From: an uncultured virus (IMG/VR IMGVR_UViG_3300026549_002462)
Taxonomy: Duplodnaviria > Heunggongvirae > Uroviricota > Caudoviricetes
Reading direction: 5' to 3' (one strand)
Virus record (IMG/VR): IMGVR_UViG_3300026549_002462
Length of the DNA: 28,488 nt
The translations under genes were made by a program, and so were the position numbers. The first letter of the stretch is position 1, and each line of letters opens with the position of its first letter. Below are positions 1-9,055 of this stretch, one piece after another. Below the pieces are notes generated by a model, which saw only the letters and a program-made list of their open reading frames with translations, did no database searches and was not told the origin of the DNA.

Positions 1-64
1 GAGCTGTGCTTGGGATATATGCTGAAACGCAGCGGGAGGCCTGACGAGGCGTATGCAATCAAAC

Positions 65-108
65 ATGTAATCTCTACTAAGTCTTGCGCACGCGCGTATG
101 ATGTAGAT
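65..108 (+). repeat. Degenerate Cas12a-like repeat with 20-nt loop insertion; shares 15 bp exactly with 2544-2558
   Basis: TAATCTCTACTAAGT (68-82) + 20 nt + GTAGAT (103-108); ATGTAATCTCTACTA is identical at 65-79 and 2544-2558. Confidence 0.4.
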
Positions 109-255
109 ATAGTCGTAAAAAGTTGTATGTAACGGGCTGGACTCGTGCATGCGCAAGTATGGTTTGTAAATGCGTATTTATCGAGACCGTCAATCGTGCA
201 TAGTTCGCGCTCAAGCACGCACTGATAGCAGATCGTCTTAAGAGGAGGAACCTTC

Positions 256-2523
256 TTGATGGGGAAAAAGCTGATAATAGCTGAAAAACCCAGTCTGATG
301 CGGACCATAATCCACGCCCTTGAGTCAATGGGCGAAAGGTTCAGCGAATCAGAAGATAAAGAGTATTATGAGAGCCCGAGCTATGTGGCGACAGCCCAGT
401 TCGGACATCTTCTGGAGCTTAAAATGTCGGAGGAATATGAAGGCAGGGAAGGTCTTTCGTGGAACCTTGCCTACCTACCTTTCTTCCCACAAAGATATGA
501 ATATAACATCAGAAGTGACGCAAAGAAGCGATACAGCACTATAGGAAAGCTTCTTAAACGCGGCGACATAGACGTTGTGATCCATTGCGGGGACCCTGAT
601 CGCGAAGGGCAGATCCTCGTTGATCTTGTGCTCCGTAATCTAGGCAATAAAAAGCCTGTTATAAGGCCTCAGCTCAAGGCACTTACAGACGAAGCGATCC
701 TTGACGCTTTCAGGGCCGCAAAACCAAACGCGGAATACAAAGACGTTTTCAACGAGGGAATGACCCGCATGTGTTTTGACTGGGATTTCGGTATAAATCT
801 CAGCCAGTATGCGACGCTCAAGACAAATGCAAGGCCAGCTCTCAATGTAGGAAGGGTCATAGGTGCTATCGTCACCGAGATATATAACAGGGATGTCTCT
901 ATAGAGAGGTTCGTCCCTGAAGAGTATTTCAAGGTCGTATCTGACGTCGATGGCGGTTTTAAGCTCACATCCAAGCTGAAATTTCCGGGAGACAAGTTTA
1001 ATGAGGCAGAAGACTATGCCCGGAAGCTGCAGGCAGGCGATTCTGTGGTCTCCGACATCCAGAAGAAACGCATAACAAAGAAGCCGCCGAAGCTGTTTTC
1101 ACAGACGTCACTTCAGGCGGCTATGTCGAAGAAGTTTAATTATAAGCCTGAGCAGACTCTTGATCTTGCTCAGAAACTATACGAAAAGGGTTTTACTTCA
1201 TATCCCCGGACCAACACCGAATATATAGCAGAGGACGAGAAGGAGAACATAAAAGGAGTAATAAATAAGATAAACAGGGATGGTCATCTGGCATTCAGAG
1301 ACAGCAAGTCCATATTTGACGACAGCAAGATAGACGGGCATTCGGCTATCACTGTCACTGGGAAAAGGCCGTCAGGGTTGTCTGATGCGGAAAAGAACTG
1401 TTATCTCACTATCCTTTACCGCTTTATGGCCGTGTTCTGTAAGGATCCTTGTCTTTATGATAAGACAACTGTTGTTATAGATAATCCGCTTGAGCAGTTC
1501 AAGGTCAGCGGTGAGGTAATGGTGCAGCAGGGATGGCAAAGGTTTGAGCCGCCTGCAGGGAAAAGGGACAAAGATTCTGATGATGACAAGGATCAGGACG
1601 AAAGCCGCGTCCTGCCTCCTGTGAATATAGGCGACAAAGTGGAGACGGATTTCAAGGCGGTTTCTGCGGAGACGAAGCCTCCGAAGCATTACACTGTTGA
1701 AACTCTCGGCAAATGGATGCAGAATCCGTTCAGAAAGGAAGACTCTACTGACGAGGAAGATTACAAGAACATATTAGCAGGATTGGAGATCGGGACGGAG
1801 GCCACAAGAGCCGGGATCTTAGCCAAGGCCACCGACAAGGGATACATAAGCCTTAAGAAAAAAGCGTATCACATAGAGCCGAGAGGGAGGTTCCTTGTAG
1901 AGAGCTGCAAGGGCCTCGGCATAGACTTTTCTGCGCAGATGACCGCGGACATGGGCAGAAAGCTCAAGTCTGTCGGCAGGGGCGAGATTGGTATTATGGA
2001 AGTGCTGAACACCAACAGGAAAGAGGTGTCACGTGTGATTCATGAGGACCGGAATGTAAAGCGTGACTCCAAATCGTTCGGGGGAGAAGGCGAATATGTG
2101 AAGAAAGAGAAGACCGAAGCGCAGATCTATGCTCCTACAGGTAAGGAGATCAGCTTCAGCAAGATGTGGGGCTCACATACGTTCACCGAACTTGAGATAG
2201 CGACGCTCCTTGCGGGGGAACCTATCACTTTCACGATGAAGTCGGCAAAGTCAAAGAAAGATGTTGAGATAACCGGAAGATTGGCCGAGCAGAAATATAA
2301 AGGGAAGAAGTTCTGGGGCTTCAAGATGGATGAAAGAGAACTCTCGGATAGTTTCCTCGGGCACACATTCACCGCAGAGGAGCGAGACATACTCCTTAAC
2401 GGCAAGCGCGGGCATGACAAGATAACGGTCGATGATCTCTGGTCTCAGAAGAAGCAAAAGAGGTTTTCTGCAGTGCTTCAGTATAAAGATGGGCAGATCA
2501 AGATGAAATTTCCGAAGAAATAG
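256..2523 (+). CDS. topB: DNA topoisomerase III (type IA), mobile-element type, with C-terminal repeats
   Basis: TOPRIM motifs IAEKPS and GDPDREG, GRV, catalytic SYPRT, H-SAI, IGTEATRA; two GHTFT..E..LL.G repeats at the C-terminus; GGAGG at 244-248 (start TTG 256 or ATG 259). Confidence 0.93.
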   Translation: MMGKKLIIAEKPSLMRTIIHALESMGERFSESEDKEYYESPSYVATAQFGHLLELKMSEEYEGREGLSWNLAYLPFFPQRYEYNIRSDAKKRYSTIGKLLKRGDIDVVIHCGDPDREGQILVDLVLRNLGNKKPVIRPQLKALTDEAILDAFRAAKPNAEYKDVFNEGMTRMCFDWDFGINLSQYATLKTNARPALNVGRVIGAIVTEIYNRDVSIERFVPEEYFKVVSDVDGGFKLTSKLKFPGDKFNEAEDYARKLQAGDSVVSDIQKKRITKKPPKLFSQTSLQAAMSKKFNYKPEQTLDLAQKLYEKGFTSYPRTNTEYIAEDEKENIKGVINKINRDGHLAFRDSKSIFDDSKIDGHSAITVTGKRPSGLSDAEKNCYLTILYRFMAVFCKDPCLYDKTTVVIDNPLEQFKVSGEVMVQQGWQRFEPPAGKRDKDSDDDKDQDESRVLPPVNIGDKVETDFKAVSAETKPPKHYTVETLGKWMQNPFRKEDSTDEEDYKNILAGLEIGTEATRAGILAKATDKGYISLKKKAYHIEPRGRFLVESCKGLGIDFSAQMTADMGRKLKSVGRGEIGIMEVLNTNRKEVSRVIHEDRNVKRDSKSFGGEGEYVKKEKTEAQIYAPTGKEISFSKMWGSHTFTELEIATLLAGEPITFTMKSAKSKKDVEITGRLAEQKYKGKKFWGFKMDERELSDSFLGHTFTAEERDILLNGKRGHDKITVDDLWSQKKQKRFSAVLQYKDGQIKMKFPKK

Positions 2524-2531
2524 TGATTTGA

Positions 2532-2567
2532 CCCTTTGGAACTATGTAATCTCTACTATGTGTAGAT
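2532..2567 (+). CRISPR. Solitary type V-A (Cas12a)-like direct repeat, no array
   Basis: CCCTTTGGAACTATGTAATCTCTACTATGTGTAGAT; the last 21 nt differ at 2 positions from the LbCas12a handle TAATTTCTACTAAGTGTAGAT; TCTAC/GTAGA stem intact; intergenic. Confidence 0.6.
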
Positions 2568-2582
2568 TTCATCAAGCAGCGA

Positions 2583-5500
2583 ATGATGAAGACAAAGGTG
2601 ATCAATAGGCGTTATGAAGCTACCTGGAGATCTGTATTCTCAAGAGACGGAGATTTCGCGACATACACAAAGGCAGCAGCTGAAAACGACTCCGATTTCG
2701 TGGAAATGGCAAAGGCCTTTGTCTCCGAGACATTTATCAAAGAGGGAATGCCTGTCTCTGCAGATAATATCGATATGAGAAAGATCGATGAGCTGATGGA
2801 CACGGAGTGGAACTCTGTAGATATCTCAGACAAGGTCGCACTCGTTATGAAGTCCACAAACCTTATGGGCGGGATGCGAAACAACTTCCGTCAGCATATT
2901 CTCAAGTCGGCGTCTGTCATTGCTTCATGGGTCGAAATCCACGAGACTCTCGGCAACGGGAAAGACGCGGGAAGCGAAGCCTATGCTTCCATTAAGGCAA
3001 GACTGATATCTCTGTGTGACGCTGCGGCAGCGACGGCGGAGAAGGGCCTCAAGAGCGGAGACCTTTTCGCAAAATCAGGCATTCTTGTTCTCTGCAAAGC
3101 AATCCGCGAAATCAGGGCGAAGGTTGACGGATCATATAATGTTGATGAACAGAAGAACTTCTATCTTGGATTCCTCGAACACAATTATGTGATACTCGGA
3201 GAGGACAAGCTTCCGGACTTTGAGTGTACGGTGCCGGCCGTGGAAGAGATGCGCATGACAAGACTCATTGAGAAGCACGCAGAAGCAGCGCCATCTACTA
3301 TCGAGGCTAATCTAGAGGACTACTGCCACGACAACTTCGGCACTTCAAGACTCATCGCAGACCATATCATTCTTGCTACTGGCAAAGCACCGGAGATAGT
3401 GGAAACGCTGGCTGAGGCTGAGAAATATGCTGAAGGGCAGCTTGAATTCGTGCACAGCGATTTTGTCAGCGACCTCGAGCTTGCGCAGAGCTACGGACAG
3501 CTTGATGCTGATGAAAACACCGACAGAAAAGATAATCTCCTGAGACTTGCAGACAGATGGTACGAGTGGGCGATGGATACCCATAACTACGGCTTTTACA
3601 AGGACCTTCTCTCAGAGATGAGGGCACAGATTAGGACGGATGCCGAAGGAAGAGGCGTTGCGATGAACATAGAGCTCTCGTCGCTTCTTGTAGCCAACCC
3701 TGAACTCGAGAGAGATCATGCTGAATATGTCGGCAGGATCAGATCGATGATTGAGAAGCAGAATTACCTTGTTTCCGAGGATATGATAAACCATCTGCTC
3801 GCCGGAGATATCCCGTCTGATGTGGATCTCTTCGAAGAAGATTATCTCGCAGACTTCCACAGAAGTTACGATTACTACTACAGGCTGGCGGGCAAGAGCG
3901 GACAGGCTCTTTCCAATCTTGTAAAGACCAATGACCTCAGAGGACTTACAAGTAAGGAGCAGAAGGGCGCGCTCAACCTCAAGAACAGCTGGCCTAATCC
4001 GGGCAGATCGGTTACTACCGAGGCTCTCAAGACTATCCTAACAACGCTCGGTATCGGTGCAGACAAGGTGGCAGCCACAGACATAGCCAACAGTGTATAC
4101 AGCGTAAAGGTAAGAAAACCGCTGCACGAGGATGAGCAGTCATACGGGCATCCTATATACGGCTTCGGATCAAGAGCCGCGAGAGACGGATTCAGAGTAC
4201 TCTGGCTGTCCGGCTCATACAGCGCGGACGCGCTCCTTACAAAGCAGAGGGAGCTTGCAAGAGGGAAGCATACCATAGCGTTCCTCGATTATTCGATGAC
4301 AGAGAGCGAGAGAAGGCGTCTTGCAAGAAAGATAAAGGAAGACGGCCTGTCGAATATTTTCATGGTCATCGACAGAGTCCTGTATATGTATCTGATCCAT
4401 AACTACTCTGAGGATGCGACAGTCCGCATGCTTATGGAGACGGCTATGCCGTACAGCTACTGGCAGCCTTATATCAGTGATTCTGCAAGTGTTATGCCGC
4501 CTGAGCTCTTCATCGGACGAAAGGCGGAGCTTGAGAAGATAAAAGACCCTGCGGGTGTGAACATCCTGTACGGTGGAAGGCAGCTCGGCAAGTCCGCACT
4601 TCTCAGAAAGGCAAAAGCGGACATAGATAAGGACCCGGAAGGAGACAGAGCGCTCCTCATCGACATAAAGGACCTTGACTATGAGAAGACTGCAGTCAAG
4701 ATTTCACAGGCGCTTCTCGATGAGGGCATCATAAAAGAGCCTATAGATGACGAGACAAGCTGGGATGAAATAGCGAGAGTTATCAGAAAGACGCTGAACG
4801 GATCACATAAGATCCACTATCTTCTTCTCATGCTTGATGAGGCGGATTCATTCCTCGCGAGCTGCGAAGAGGTGGGCTACAGTCCGTTCAATGCCCTCAA
4901 GGACATCCAGCAGAATGTAGAGCCCGGCAGATTCAAATTCGTGGTAGCGGGACTCAGAAACGTAGTCAGGTTCACGAAGGCAGCGACGAGCGGGAATAGC
5001 GTTCTTCCGCATCTTGAGAGCCTCACGATAAAGCCGTTCACCACGGTAGAAGGAAGGATGCTCCTCGAGCAGCCGCTCTACTACCTCGGATTCAGATTCC
5101 CGGAGGAAAATATGGACCTCGTACCGATGATCCTCGCTACGACCAATTACTTCCCGGGACTCATACAGCTTTACTGCGGCAAGCTCATAACTGCGCTCCG
5201 CAGCAATTACGGCGGATATAACGAGGCGGAAACACCGCCATACGTCGTATCCGAAGAACTTATCAAGAAGGTGCTTGCTGAGTCAGACTTCAGAGCGCAG
5301 ATCAGGGAGAAGTTCATGATCACTCTTATGCTCGGCGATGATGACTACTATTACATCCTGGCATTGATCCTTGCATACCTGTACAGGAACTACAGCAGTG
5401 AGGACGGATATACAGCAGCAGAGATCCTCAATGTGGCAAAGGAACTTGAGATCAGCCGCATCGCTGATATGAGCGTAGAGCAGGTGCAGGCCCTCATGAC

Positions 5501-5627
5501 AGAACTCCGTGAGCTCAACGTAGTCAAGGAGGCCGGCCACAAGTATCTGTTCGCAAGATACAACTTCAGCTCCATGCTCGGAAACGCTGAGGAAGTCGAT
5601 GATAAGCTCCTCAGCTATGCGGAGTAG
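2583..5627 (+). CDS. Large STAND-like P-loop NTPase (helical N-terminus, NTPase, probable C-terminal winged helix); start uncertain
   Basis: LFIGR..EL, Walker A GGRQLGKS, Walker B LLMLDEAD, FVVAG, TNYFPGLIQ (GxP-like); no clear SD before 2583. Confidence 0.8.
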   Translation: MMKTKVINRRYEATWRSVFSRDGDFATYTKAAAENDSDFVEMAKAFVSETFIKEGMPVSADNIDMRKIDELMDTEWNSVDISDKVALVMKSTNLMGGMRNNFRQHILKSASVIASWVEIHETLGNGKDAGSEAYASIKARLISLCDAAAATAEKGLKSGDLFAKSGILVLCKAIREIRAKVDGSYNVDEQKNFYLGFLEHNYVILGEDKLPDFECTVPAVEEMRMTRLIEKHAEAAPSTIEANLEDYCHDNFGTSRLIADHIILATGKAPEIVETLAEAEKYAEGQLEFVHSDFVSDLELAQSYGQLDADENTDRKDNLLRLADRWYEWAMDTHNYGFYKDLLSEMRAQIRTDAEGRGVAMNIELSSLLVANPELERDHAEYVGRIRSMIEKQNYLVSEDMINHLLAGDIPSDVDLFEEDYLADFHRSYDYYYRLAGKSGQALSNLVKTNDLRGLTSKEQKGALNLKNSWPNPGRSVTTEALKTILTTLGIGADKVAATDIANSVYSVKVRKPLHEDEQSYGHPIYGFGSRAARDGFRVLWLSGSYSADALLTKQRELARGKHTIAFLDYSMTESERRRLARKIKEDGLSNIFMVIDRVLYMYLIHNYSEDATVRMLMETAMPYSYWQPYISDSASVMPPELFIGRKAELEKIKDPAGVNILYGGRQLGKSALLRKAKADIDKDPEGDRALLIDIKDLDYEKTAVKISQALLDEGIIKEPIDDETSWDEIARVIRKTLNGSHKIHYLLLMLDEADSFLASCEEVGYSPFNALKDIQQNVEPGRFKFVVAGLRNVVRFTKAATSGNSVLPHLESLTIKPFTTVEGRMLLEQPLYYLGFRFPEENMDLVPMILATTNYFPGLIQLYCGKLITALRSNYGGYNEAETPPYVVSEELIKKVLAESDFRAQIREKFMITLMLGDDDYYYILALILAYLYRNYSSEDGYTAAEILNVAKELEISRIADMSVEQVQALMTELRELNVVKEAGHKYLFARYNFSSMLGNAEEVDDKLLSYAE

Positions 5628-5641
5628 GAGGTGGATAAATC

Positions 5642-6670
5642 ATGGCAGGTAGTTCATGGTGGAAAGAAGTTTCCGGGCCTAACAGATTCATAGGAGCGGT
5701 AGCAGATTCGGCAATGGCACAGAAGAGCGTGATTCTCTCTGTGCCGGGCGAATTGCCGTTTGAGGACGAGTTCTTCATCCGGCTGACAGAGCAGCTCCAG
5801 GAGAGCTTTTCAGGGCATCAGGTAGCAATTCTTAAGGGCATAACGGGATCGCCGGCGCAGTATTTTCTCAGTAAATGCTGCAAGCCGGAGGTTCGTGCAA
5901 CCTTCAGGCCAAAACCAAACTTTACGGCTGCGGACTTTCTGGCGGTCACTAAGAGCGCTACTCTTCACGGTGCGTGTTATATAGTGGATCCGGGTGACGC
6001 GTCAGAGATACCTGAATGGATAGATTTCATATCCTCATACATAAAAGCTCTGAGGAGCCCAATGCAGCCCGCGGTATTCGTCCTGCTTTCAAGAAGCAGG
6101 AAACCGAAGGCATTTAAGGGCATTTGGCATATTGATTACGGCGATTATACGACGCATTTTGATACTTATGCATACTGTGCGATAAAGGCTTCTGATGTGA
6201 AGGAGCCGGAAATCATTAAGACGTATCTGGCTGAACTTGCTGCGGCTGTCTCCGGAGGGAATACCGAAGAGGCGGAAAAGGCCATATATATCTACAGGGA
6301 GTTTCTTTCGGATCCTATAGGTTTTGCTGCAAGGCATTTCAGGAATGACAGGCAGGTACCGGATGAAAAGATGGTGTGGGAAGCACAGCTCAAGTGTATT
6401 TTCCCATTTCTTGAGAGGTATAGGTGCGATTTTGTGGAGAGGCACGCAAGGGAGATCGAACCGCATCTTCCTCTCCCGAATCCGGTGGGAAATGATTTTG
6501 AAAAGGCATCTGACGTGGAACTTGGGGCACTATTGTTCATGGCCTCAAGCGGGATGATACAAATCCCGACCGAGGAGTATATGGAACTTAAAAGATTCGC
6601 ATACGCTAGGAATGATCTCGCCCATCTTGAGAGCCTTTCCTATGACGATATCCGATTGCTGATAGCATAG
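5642..6670 (+). CDS. STAND-associated protein with C-terminal HEPN-like RxxxxH motif
   Basis: AGGAGG RBS overlapping the STAND stop codon; RNDLAH near the C-terminus in helical context. Confidence 0.65.
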   Translation: MAGSSWWKEVSGPNRFIGAVADSAMAQKSVILSVPGELPFEDEFFIRLTEQLQESFSGHQVAILKGITGSPAQYFLSKCCKPEVRATFRPKPNFTAADFLAVTKSATLHGACYIVDPGDASEIPEWIDFISSYIKALRSPMQPAVFVLLSRSRKPKAFKGIWHIDYGDYTTHFDTYAYCAIKASDVKEPEIIKTYLAELAAAVSGGNTEEAEKAIYIYREFLSDPIGFAARHFRNDRQVPDEKMVWEAQLKCIFPFLERYRCDFVERHAREIEPHLPLPNPVGNDFEKASDVELGALLFMASSGMIQIPTEEYMELKRFAYARNDLAHLESLSYDDIRLLIA

Positions 6671-6750
6671 CTTCAGCGGATGTCTGGGAACCTATGAGCA
6701 GCCTTTGCGGGCTGCTTTTTGGTTGTCTTCCCTGCGATGAGTCCTACTTT

Positions 6751-6778
6751 TTGGACGTTATTTGCGTTATGCTACAAT
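6751..6778 (+). promoter_or_regulatory. Putative sigma-A promoter (extended -10)
   Basis: TGcTACAAT at 6770-6778; weak -35. Confidence 0.35.
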
Positions 6779-6913
6779 TTACTGGGCAAATGTGCGTCCT
6801 GGGATCGCTACATACAAGACCGTTTGAATGCCGCAGGTTGTGGACTGGAGCGGTAAAAAGTCAATTGCTATCATTGGGGGGCATAATACGAAAGGAAACG
6901 TTACTTAATCATT

Positions 6914-7405
6914 ATGAACAATGGAATGATTTGGATCGGCTCGATCTGTGCCGAAGATAACTCCGGCAAAATTGAGTCGCTGGAAGAGCTATGTGAGTAT
7001 AACAGCAGGGCATATATATCCGGAGGTCCGGAGATGATGCCGATCTGCGCAGGAGAGAGGCGGGACATCGTGCAGCAGAAGATGGATATGGTCAGGGAGC
7101 GCCGCAGAAAAGAGATCGCAGATTTCGAGATGGCGATAACCGAATGTTTGTCAGAAACTATGCAGGATGCCTGCATTTTTGTATGTCCGGTCGCAGAAAC
7201 GGCTGACGCAGGATCTCGAGAAAAAGACCTCCTTAAAATCGTATCGCGTAGGTGCGGCAACGGCATCTCTCTGGTTGTGGATGTGTCGCATTACTATGCG
7301 AGATATAAGGCGTTATCAAATTCCAGCAAGGAGGAGGCTCTGGCCGGAGTGGCGGATGAGATACAAATAGATATCTCATCTTTCTGCACAGATGTAGACG
7401 GCTAA
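6914..7405 (+). CDS. Hypothetical protein
   Basis: 163-aa ORF ending just before a terminator hairpin; weak RBS. Confidence 0.55.
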   Translation: MNNGMIWIGSICAEDNSGKIESLEELCEYNSRAYISGGPEMMPICAGERRDIVQQKMDMVRERRRKEIADFEMAITECLSETMQDACIFVCPVAETADAGSREKDLLKIVSRRCGNGISLVVDVSHYYARYKALSNSSKEEALAGVADEIQIDISSFCTDVDG

Positions 7406-7416
7406 AATCACTTAGG

Positions 7417-7460
7417 AAAAAAGCAGCACGGCCCATATTTGGAATGTGCTGCTTGTTTTT
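7417..7460. terminator. Bidirectional intrinsic terminator between convergent blocks
   Basis: AAGCAGCAC (7421-7429) / GTGCTGCTT (7446-7454) flanked by A and T runs. Confidence 0.7.
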
Positions 7461-7461
7461 G

Positions 7462-8577
7462 CTACTTCATGGTCTCCATGACCTTTCTTTTATCTTCTTC
7501 GTTGACCTTGATATAGCGCTTAGTTGTGGTAAGCGAGTCGTGATCGAGAAGGGAGGCGACTAGGCTGATGTCATTTCCGCGGTGTATCGCTGTGGTGGCT
7601 GTGGTCGCTCTAAGTTTGTGGGGCGAGTACCCGGCTCCGCCTATGACTACGGCTGTGTATTTGTGTACCAGAGCCTGAATCTGGCGTTCTGACAGTCTTT
7701 TTCTGCCTGCTGGGACAACGTTGCCTTCTGCATCTTTTTTCTCCGTAGAAAGGCAAAGAAACAGCGCGTCTTCGTGTCCGGGTGCAACATCTGTGCAGCG
7801 TTTGCGGTCCATCTCCATGTATTCGTTATAGATGTTTATGAGAGTGTTGTTGAGCGGCATGACCGACTCTTTTCCGCGCTTTCTGTACACTGTGAAGCTC
7901 TCTCTTTTGAGATTGAAAGAGGAGATGTTCAGCTGCTGCAGCTCAGCGAGTCGGAGGCCGGCAATAGTAAAGAGGGCGATTATCAGCTTGTCTCTGTACC
8001 TCGTCTGCTCCCAGTATGCCCGCTGGCGCTTCGTTAGGCCTTCTCCGGTCGATACAACGTCAAGAAGTTCGATTGCTTCATTCTCCTCGAGAGCCTTAAC
8101 GATGCGGGATGACGCCTTGACTTTTATAGACATTATCTTGCCCGTCACGTCATACTCTATCATGTCGTGCTTATACAGATACTTCAGGAGTCCGACGATG
8201 GAAGATCTCTTTCTTGCTCGTGCATCCGGGCCGTTCTCCACGGTGTCTCCGTCTGTTTCATACTTCTTGATATATGTCAGGTATTCGTCTATATCCTTTG
8301 CCTTGAGGTTTTCTATATCCTTTAAGGTGATATCTTTCGGATCCTTCGCCTCAGTAAGACCGGTGTCTGACACCATGTAAGTGAGAAAGTAGGCGATATC
8401 ATTCATATATGCCCATCTGGTCTTTACAGATCTTTCCTCGCCGTCAAGATATCTGTCATAGTCTGCAACGAAAGCGGGGAGAGCAGGCAGCAGCTCGTCT
8501 GTGATCTTGTGCCCAATGGTCTGCTCCTTCGCAAGAACGTTTTTTGGTTTTCTCTGATTTCTGACTCTGTTGGCCAT
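7462..8577 (-). CDS. Tyrosine recombinase (XerC/XerS-like)
   Basis: GLRLAEL, RKRGK, HKLRAT, LLDH, TKRY catalytic residues; SAM-like N-terminal domain. Confidence 0.92.
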   Translation of the reverse strand: MANRVRNQRKPKNVLAKEQTIGHKITDELLPALPAFVADYDRYLDGEERSVKTRWAYMNDIAYFLTYMVSDTGLTEAKDPKDITLKDIENLKAKDIDEYLTYIKKYETDGDTVENGPDARARKRSSIVGLLKYLYKHDMIEYDVTGKIMSIKVKASSRIVKALEENEAIELLDVVSTGEGLTKRQRAYWEQTRYRDKLIIALFTIAGLRLAELQQLNISSFNLKRESFTVYRKRGKESVMPLNNTLINIYNEYMEMDRKRCTDVAPGHEDALFLCLSTEKKDAEGNVVPAGRKRLSERQIQALVHKYTAVVIGGAGYSPHKLRATTATTAIHRGNDISLVASLLDHDSLTTTKRYIKVNEEDKRKVMETMK

Positions 8578-8578
8578 T

Positions 8579-9034
8579 TTAATCTTCCTTTATATAGTAT
8601 AGCTCCCGCTCACTCAGAGATTCTTCCGGCAGATCCTCGAGTACTGCGTCGTGCTCTTTGAGGATGCGTTCATATTGCTCGGCAGCGATATCGTTACACG
8701 GTACTCTGTCAGCTCCGGCAGGGGAGATGATCAGATAGTGCAGCTTACCATTTATTCTCTGCAGTGCGATATCTCCTATGATAGCCTGCTCTCCATCGCA
8801 GTAGATGCCGTCTCTGATATGCGATACGGTATCTTCTTCCGTGTCATTCAGAAATTCGGGGCTTCTCATATATTTTTCCAGCTGAGAGCTTCTTCGTCTG
8901 AGCCACTTGTACAGGAGCCAATCGTAGAAAATCTCATTGGCGTACTCCTCCGTGTTCTGGAAAGGGGAGTCCGCGCAGAGGATCTCGAGTTTCTCATATT
9001 GATCATTATTTAGATATATGGACAGTTTGTGCAT
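8579..9034 (-). CDS. Hypothetical protein, possible N-terminal ribbon-helix-helix
   Basis: KLSIYLNNDQYEKLEILC pattern; tightly packed in operon. Confidence 0.6.
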   Translation of the reverse strand: MHKLSIYLNNDQYEKLEILCADSPFQNTEEYANEIFYDWLLYKWLRRRSSQLEKYMRSPEFLNDTEEDTVSHIRDGIYCDGEQAIIGDIALQRINGKLHYLIISPAGADRVPCNDIAAEQYERILKEHDAVLEDLPEESLSERELYYIKED

Positions 9035-9055
9035 ACGGTTTTTTCTTTCTCCTGT

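Noticed and set aside
1..132. 3' end of an upstream gene
   Set aside because: Two frames are plausible (stops at 44 or 132); it cannot be assigned from this window.
2525..2552. dif-like Xer site (CTATGTAATCT resembles the XerD arm TTATGTAAACT)
   Set aside because: No matching left arm or dyad symmetry across a 6-bp spacer.
2528..2559. Promoter TTGACC...TACTAT for the STAND gene
   Set aside because: The spacing is 20 bp, too long for sigma-A.
1..2600. A true CRISPR array
   Set aside because: Only two repeat-like units, 2.5 kb apart, with no regular repeat-spacer periodicity and no cas genes in the window.
6694..6960. 88-aa ORF as a third gene of the STAND operon
   Set aside because: Weak RBS, atypical composition, and it overlaps a likely promoter and the next ORF.
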